Part shown: positions 57,702 through 64,000 of the stretch, piece by piece
How positions within the stretch are numbered: position 1 is the stretch's first letter
Layout of the letters: each line of letters starts with the position of its first letter
Assembly: GCA_965208125.1 (NCBI GenBank)
Contig: OZ242320.1
Span: 1,888,001-1,952,000, forward strand
Source: Candidatus Latescibacterota bacterium
GTDB taxonomy: Bacteria; Latescibacterota; UBA2968
Length of the DNA stretch: 64,000 bases
Direction: 5' to 3'
Notes under the pieces: model-generated
What the model was told of the DNA's origin: nothing
Seen by the model: only the letters and a program-made list of their open reading frames with translations
Databases searched by the model: none
Translations under genes and position numbers: made by a program

Positions 57702-58937
57702 TCACTTCACACTTCCCAATTCCAAACAAACCACCTCACTGTGATTTCGAAGATAAAGCCTGCCATTCGCCAGCGTGGGTGGTGTCCAGCAGCGGGACGA
57801 CAAAACCTGGGCACTGGCTCTTTCTATGTACGCTTCAGGTGTAGCTTCTACCAGAGCCAGCTTGCCCTGTTCGCCCAGGACGATCAGGTGGCCATCCGCA
57901 AAGATGAGTGACCCCTTTTGAAAGCCGCGTTTGCGCCATTGCTCCTGTCCGGTATCCGCGGCAATGCACTTGAGAATGGCGTTGTCAAACCCATAGAGGT
58001 ACCCCTCGTGATGTATAGAAGAGGCAAAATGGTTTTTCATACTGCGATTGAACCATACTTTTTTTACGCCAAACTGTCCGTTCTGGGGAACGAGCTGGAT
58101 AACCGTCGCGCCTTTGCCATAGCCCGAAGAGATAAAGAGTCTATCCGGAGCGAGAAATAGGGGCGTCGCGGCATTGACATCGGGACCCGTTTGCCAGGAA
58201 TGTCGCCACAGAAATCGGCCATCTCTGGCAGTGACACCAACCAGGCCAGAGACGGGGAAAAAGACAATTTGCCGAACATCAGACACAGTAATTGCAATGG
58301 GTGAAGCATAAGAAGGCGCGTCATCTTGAGAAGCCCAGGCGACCTCGCCGGTGGTCTTATCAAAAGCAATAAAAGATTGTCCAGAAGAACCCCCAACCTC
58401 GACAATCAGCAATTTGCCTTCTATCAAAGGGGAAGTAGAAAAGCCCCAGTGAGGGGGATCACTTATGTATTCAGTCTGTAAATGGTGAGACCATACCGTT
58501 TCTCCGTCCTCAACATTGAGTGCATAAAGCTGTCCGTATGCACCCAAAAAGAAAGCCCGTTCTTTGTCAATGATGGGAGTCGATCTGGGACCGTTCCCCC
58601 CTTGCCAGTCCGAAAAATTGCTTCCCGTCTTAACGCGCCAGCGCTCTTCCCCTGTAGTGGCATCCAGACATACCGCGTACTCATCTTTGTCTTTAGCAAA
58701 CATAGTATAAGCTGCGCCCCGTGCAATCGCAATGCTCGAAAACCCCTCGCCCAGCGGTATTCGCCAGAGAACAGCAGGCCCGGAATCAGGCCAATCTTTG
58801 AGCAACCCCGTTTCAGGAGAAACGCCATCGCGATTGGGACCGAACCACTGCGGCCAATCCGCAGCAAGACCACGACCCGTCAGGACAACAGAGCCTGAAA
58901 ACAGAATCATCGAAAAGGTGATCATGAGGATACGCAT
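57702..58937 (-). CDS. PQQ-like beta-propeller repeat protein
   Basis: Signal peptide. 'DWPQW.GP.RDG', repeated '...TG...W', 'STP', 'WT.P.LANGRLYLR'. Confidence 0.88.
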   Translation of the reverse strand: MRILMITFSMILFSGSVVLTGRGLAADWPQWFGPNRDGVSPETGLLKDWPDSGPAVLWRIPLGEGFSSIAIARGAAYTMFAKDKDEYAVCLDATTGEERWRVKTGSNFSDWQGGNGPRSTPIIDKERAFFLGAYGQLYALNVEDGETVWSHHLQTEYISDPPHWGFSTSPLIEGKLLIVEVGGSSGQSFIAFDKTTGEVAWASQDDAPSYASPIAITVSDVRQIVFFPVSGLVGVTARDGRFLWRHSWQTGPDVNAATPLFLAPDRLFISSGYGKGATVIQLVPQNGQFGVKKVWFNRSMKNHFASSIHHEGYLYGFDNAILKCIAADTGQEQWRKRGFQKGSLIFADGHLIVLGEQGKLALVEATPEAYIERASAQVLSSRCWTPPTLANGRLYLRNHSEVVCLELGSVK

Positions 58938-59222
58938 GGAAACTCCTCCGTGTAAGAATCTATTTACAGGCATAGCAAAGCGATAACGGGCCTACCATTA
59001 ATCCATGATTATTTCTTACTGCTAACACTCTGTAAAACAACCTCTTTCTAAACATTCTGTCAAGGGCTATCCGTGTTTTGTTTTACATTTTTGACAAACG
59101 TTAGAAAAAAATATCCTTGCACGACTTTCTATAACTGTATAACATGACACGCTCGTCCTCGACGCATTTGTGTCGTGTGGTGCGTGCCATTCTTTAGTAC
59201 TCATGCCATTGGAAATCCTGTT

Positions 59223-60149
59223 ATGAATAATCTATGGGAAGTACCCGAGCCTCTTTCGACATGCGAAGTCCAGCTCGACGACGATACCGTCACCATTTTG
59301 CGCCGACATGGAAATCCCGCAGGACCCCGCCTCGTTCTGAGCCACGGCAATGGTCTCGCAAGTGACCTCTATTACCCCTTCTGGTCACTGCTCGCCGAGG
59401 ATTTCGACCTCATCATCTTCGACTTCAGGAACCACGGCTGGAATACCGTTGGCCCACGCGCCAATCACAATGTTCCAACGCTGGTCCGCGACCATCTCTG
59501 TATTTTTGAAGCCATTGACCGTCACTACGGAAACAAACCAAAAATCGGTATATTTCACTCTGCTTCTGCACTGATAACCCTCCTATCACTAACGACTATG
59601 GCAGACCTCGGACCATCTGCCCAAAGCAACCACTTATCCGCAATGATACTATTTGACCCTCCCCTGTGCAAGCCCGGCAATAGCCAGATAGAATTTGATG
59701 AGGCTGCCGAATACGCAGCCGACGTTACCCGCCGCCGCGGGTATCTGTTCCAAACAGAAGAGGATTTTGCAGAACTCCTCAGCTTTCTCCCCGGCTTCTC
59801 GCGTCTCGTTCCCGGGGTTCGGGAACTCATGGCGAAAACAACCCTTCGAAAGGCCGCCGATGGGGAGGGTTATGAGCTTCGATGTCCCCGCGACTACGAA
59901 GCGCAGATCGTCGATTATATGAGAAGCTTTTCCGCATTGATGGATTTTGAAACACTCCCTTGTCCGACAAAAGTCATCGGGTCCGATCCCACCTTGCCTT
60001 ATACATTTCTGCCGACAATTGACCTCGGTGACATTCTGACCGTAGATTATGATTTTGTCCCTGAAACAACGCACTTTCTTCAATTGGAAAAACCAGAAGA
60101 ATGCGTTGAGCTGGTTCGGGAATTTCTCGAGAGCAATGACCTGTTGTAA
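59223..60149 (+). CDS. Alpha/beta hydrolase immediately upstream of the PKS
   Basis: 'SHGNG', 'D.RNHG', nucleophile-elbow-like 'FHSAS', 'HFLQLEKPE'. Confidence 0.8.
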   Translation: MNNLWEVPEPLSTCEVQLDDDTVTILRRHGNPAGPRLVLSHGNGLASDLYYPFWSLLAEDFDLIIFDFRNHGWNTVGPRANHNVPTLVRDHLCIFEAIDRHYGNKPKIGIFHSASALITLLSLTTMADLGPSAQSNHLSAMILFDPPLCKPGNSQIEFDEAAEYAADVTRRRGYLFQTEEDFAELLSFLPGFSRLVPGVRELMAKTTLRKAADGEGYELRCPRDYEAQIVDYMRSFSALMDFETLPCPTKVIGSDPTLPYTFLPTIDLGDILTVDYDFVPETTHFLQLEKPEECVELVREFLESNDLL

Positions 60150-60161
60150 ACCCGTGCGAAC

Positions 60162-63100
60162 ATGGAGGATTTAATCATGAAGCCGGATAGATCAGACCAA
60201 CCAATAGCGATCATAGGTATGGCGTGCCGATTCCCTGGCGCGCCGGACATCTCTGCCTTCTGGCGTCTGCTCGAAGACGGCGGGAATGCCGTCAGCGAAG
60301 GCGTCCCAGGCTCAGGCGTAGGGCGCTGGGGCCTGCTCTTTCCCGACGACACAGTGCAGAGCGAAGGTTGCCGTTTCGGGGCCTTTGTTGACGACATCGA
60401 CCAATTCGACGACGCCTTCTTCCGGATTTCGCCGGTGGAGGCAGAACTGCTGGATCCGCAGCAGCGCATGATGCTGGAGACGAGCTGGGAGGCTCTTGAG
60501 GACGCGGGAATCGATCCGGAGGGATTGAGAGAGAGCCTCACCGGCGTGTACACCGGGATCAGCAACGACGAATACCGAATGCTGGTCGTGGACTCGAGCA
60601 AGCCCGCCGAGGCTGCCAGTTGTCTCTACGCCCTCAGCGGCACCAACCTCAACGGCGCCAGCGGGCGGGTCTCTTTTGTGCTGGGACTAAGGGGACCGGC
60701 AAAGGCAGTAGATGCCGCGTGCGCGTCATCCATGGTATCAGTCCACGACGCAGTGGCAGACCTGCAGCAGGGCAAAGCGGATCTGGCCATCGCGGGTGGC
60801 GTGCAGGCGATCCTGAATGGTCGCATCTACGAACTGCGCGCGGATGCGATGATGCTATCTCCGGATGGACAGTGCAAAACCTTTGACGCGTCCGCGAACG
60901 GGTACGTGCGGGGTGAGGGCTGCGGGGTCGTCGTCCTCAAGCGGCTCGATGAGGCGGAGGCGGACGGCGATCGAATCTGGGCGGTGATCCGGGGCGCAGC
61001 GGTAAATCACGGGGGAGCCAGTACGGGGCTAACAGTGCCGAACACACCCGCGTTGGAAGAGGTGATCGAGACCGCGCTGTCCGACGCGAAAATCTCCCCA
61101 TCGGACGTAGATTACCTGGAGGCGCACGGGACCGGAACGACGGTGGGTGATCCGATCGAGATCAACGCTGTGGCCAATGTCTATGGCAAGGGACGTTCCT
61201 CTGACCGCCCCCTTCTCATCGGTTCCGTGAAGACCAATGTCGGCCATCTGGAGTCGGCCGCGGGCGTAGCCGGAGTGATCAAAGCCGCGCTGGTACTGAA
61301 GCGGGGTGTGATTCCAAAACATCTCCATTTCCAAAATCCCAACCCGAGTCTCGACTGGGACCGCCTACCATTGCGGGTGACATCGTCGATGATGGACTTG
61401 CCGCACCGTCCCGAGCGACCGCGACTCGCGGGAGTGAACTCCTTCGGGATATCCGGGACGAATGCCCATATCGTAATGGAGGAATACTGTGCCTCAGACG
61501 GTGCATCTACTGCTGTTGGCTCCGCGCAGTCAGTGGCAGTCTCGCTGCCAGCGACCACTGGGGATCTACCGCTACCGGGGCAGGAGATCCAGCCGCGCCA
61601 GACCCGTCTTCTTCCCCTGTCGGGAAAATCCGATGGGGCACTTCGGGAACTGGGAAAGCGGTACCTTTCATGGCTTGACGAACACGCCGACGAAGAAAGT
61701 GAGGCGATGCTTGCGGACATGGCGTGGACAGCAGGCGTGGGCCGGAGCCACTTCGATCACCGCGCGGGCATCGTCTTCCACGACGCGGAATCGCTGCGAG
61801 AGCGCCTCCGTGATCTAAGTGAAGCAGATGGGGGCGCGTCGTCGCGAACACCGACCCGGGTGGCGTTCGCCTACACCGGACAGGGAAGCCAGTGGGTCGG
61901 CATGGGACAGGAGCTTTACGAGCGCGAGCCAGTGGCGCGGGCGGTTCTGGACCGCTGCGAGGCGGTCCTTCTACAGGAGAGAGGCACCTCACTGCTGGAC
62001 GTAATGTTCGGTCGGACCAAAGGAGAAGAGGACCTCGGCGACACGGCGTGGGAGCAACCAGCCCTTTACGCGCTGGGATGCGCACTGACAGCGCTCTGGT
62101 CAAGCGTCGGAATCTGTCCCGACGTGGTCGTCGGACACAGCATCGGGGAACTCGCGGCGTCGCAGGCGGCAGGCGTGTTCAGCCTGGAGGACGGGATGCG
62201 GTTCGCCGCCTTACGGGGCGCGCTGATGTCGCAGATGGAAGAGGGCGGCATGACCGCGGTCTTCGCACCAGCAGATCGCGTAGCGGTGGAGGTGGAGGCG
62301 ATAAATGCGGCCTCCTCTGAAGTCGGGTTGAGCATCTCGGGGTACAACGGTACTCACCAGGTGGTCAGCGGCCCGATTGCGAAAATTGAAGCGATCTCAA
62401 AGCGATTCGAATTGGAGGGCATACGGGTCAGGCGACTGAACACTGCCAAAGCGTTCCACAGCGCCCTTGTTGAGCCTATCCTGGACGAACTGGAAGCGTC
62501 CCTCAATGGCGTGGAGATCCAGCCGCCTTCCCTTACCGTGGTCAGCAACCTGACGGGTAGTGCCGTAGAACCGGACCAGGCACAGGACGGGGCCTACTGG
62601 AGGCGGCATGCCCGGTAGCCTGTGGCATTCGCCCAGGGGGTGAAGACATTGGCGGACCTCGGGGTAGATGTGGTACTGGAAATCGGCCCGCGGTCAGTAC
62701 TGGCCCCAATGGCGGCCTCCGCCTGGCCAGCGTCGCCACAGACACCTGCGCCAGTGGTACTGTCGAGCCTCTCCCCGCCATCAGACAACGCAGAGAAATC
62801 TGGAAGTGCTGACGGTTTCGTGGGAGCGGTCACAGAAGCATACCAGGCGGGACTCCCGATTCGTTTCGCGGGACTCTTCGCAGGGGAGACGCGGCGGCGG
62901 ATCTCGCTGCCCAGCTATCCATTCCAGCGCAAACACCACTGGCTTGAGCCACCGAAGCGTCAGCGCCGGAGTTCCGACCATCCGCTGCTGGGTGCCAGGC
63001 ACGAATCAGCCCGCGGAGAAATCACCTTCGAGACAGAAGTGTTCCCCTCGGATCCATCCTATCTGAACGACCACAAGGTCTTCGGCCGGATCGTGGCGCC

Positions 63101-64000
63101 CGGCGCGCTCTACGGAGCCATGGCGTGCGCGGCGGCGTTCCTCGAAGAGAGCGGATCAGTAGCCGTGGAGGATTTCCAGTTGCACAACGCGATGGTTTTC
63201 GAAGAGGAGGACGAGACGGATGAAGAAGGCAGGAAGATGCAGGTCGTGCTCAACGCCTCTGAGCAGGCATCGTCACGCGAAGTCCAGATATTCAGCAAGG
63301 GGAGTGAAGGGGAATGGACGGTACACGTGGAGGGTCGCGTGTCATCGGGTGTCCCTATACCGGAAGCAGGTGAGAGGATCGATCTGGAAAGCCTCAAGGC
63401 CGGTCTGTCGCCGATGGACGTGGCAGGCTACTACCGCCACAGAGCGAGTACCGGGGTCGATCTCGGTCCGTTCTTCCGCACGCTTGGAAGGGTCTGGTCC
63501 CGTCCGGGCGAGGCATTGGGCGAGGTGTCTCTGCCGGAAACTCTGACCGGGCACGGACTGGATGTCCATCCGCTCGTCCTGGACGGTTGTTTTCAAGTCG
63601 TGGGCGCGGCGCGTAACCTGGAGGGAACCGGGAGCGAAACCACATATCTGCCGTTTGGCTGGGAGCGGCTGTGGCTGACGGGAAGGCTACCGGATCGGAT
63701 TATCTGTCATGTGCGCTTGAGTGAGGCTTCCCAGGGACTGGAAACGGACGAACCTCCGGAAGTCCTGAGCGGAGAACTGAACATCTACGATCTGAACGGC
63801 GTTCCGCTCGGTGGCTTGAGCGGATACACAGTGAAGCGGGCGACGCAGGAAGCATTGCTCTCGGCAGTCGAAGGCGTGAAGGATCTCCTGTACGAGGTGG
63901 TGTGGCGCGATCGCGATCTTACACCAGGCATAACACCTGCGGACTTCTTCCCAGATCCGGCAACTGTCGCGGAAAGTTCGCAGGCGTTTGCTGGTTATCT
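60162..64000 (+). CDS. supA: Type I PKS/FAS, sup (sponge symbiont ubiquitous PKS)-like, KS-AT-DH-..., with an in-frame TAG at 62616-62618; continues beyond the window
   Basis: KS: 'DPQQR', 'DAACASS', 'HGTGT', 'GHLE', 'NSFGISGTNAH'. AT: 'GQGSQW', 'GHSIG', 'AFHS'. After the TAG the same frame reads PVAFAQGV..LEIGP..LPSYPFQR..HPLLG..DHKVFGRIVAPG (DH)..LDGCFQ. Confidence 0.8.

Noticed and set aside
62616-62618. Genome-wide TAG recoding or pyrrolysine
   Set aside because: Several intact genes here end in TAG at expected C-termini, and no pyl genes were seen in the window.

Overview
64 kb of a bacterial chromosome whose gene content (sup-type PKS, plant-type LRR protein with a dockerin-like tag, PhyH dioxygenase, sulfatase, DUF6785-type membrane proteins, Uma2 paralogs) suggests a marine-sponge symbiont of the Latescibacterota/PAUC34f/Poribacteria type. 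This taxonomy is inference only. Most of the window is catabolic and envelope genes. The standout is a ~12 kb six-gene defence operon (8275-20219, minus strand): C5 cytosine MTase, Mig-type T:G DNA glycosylase, DrmE, NERD nuclease-SF1 helicase, DrmA, DrmB. It is a class II DISARM-like system with no DrmC and no Vsr, and it is bracketed by an inverted pair of 31-bp palindromic repeats (29/31 identical). Other notable items are a Chlamydia-like class Ic (Mn/Fe, radical Tyr->Phe) ribonucleotide reductase with NrdR boxes, an EpmA with an N-terminal OB-like extension, a 1.7k-aa LRR-metalloprotease with mosaic repeats, a frameshifted M16 peptidase, and a supA-like PKS interrupted by one in-frame TAG. 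No tRNA, rRNA, CRISPR array, integrase or transposase was recognised. All family assignments come from motifs recognised by eye; no database searches were run.
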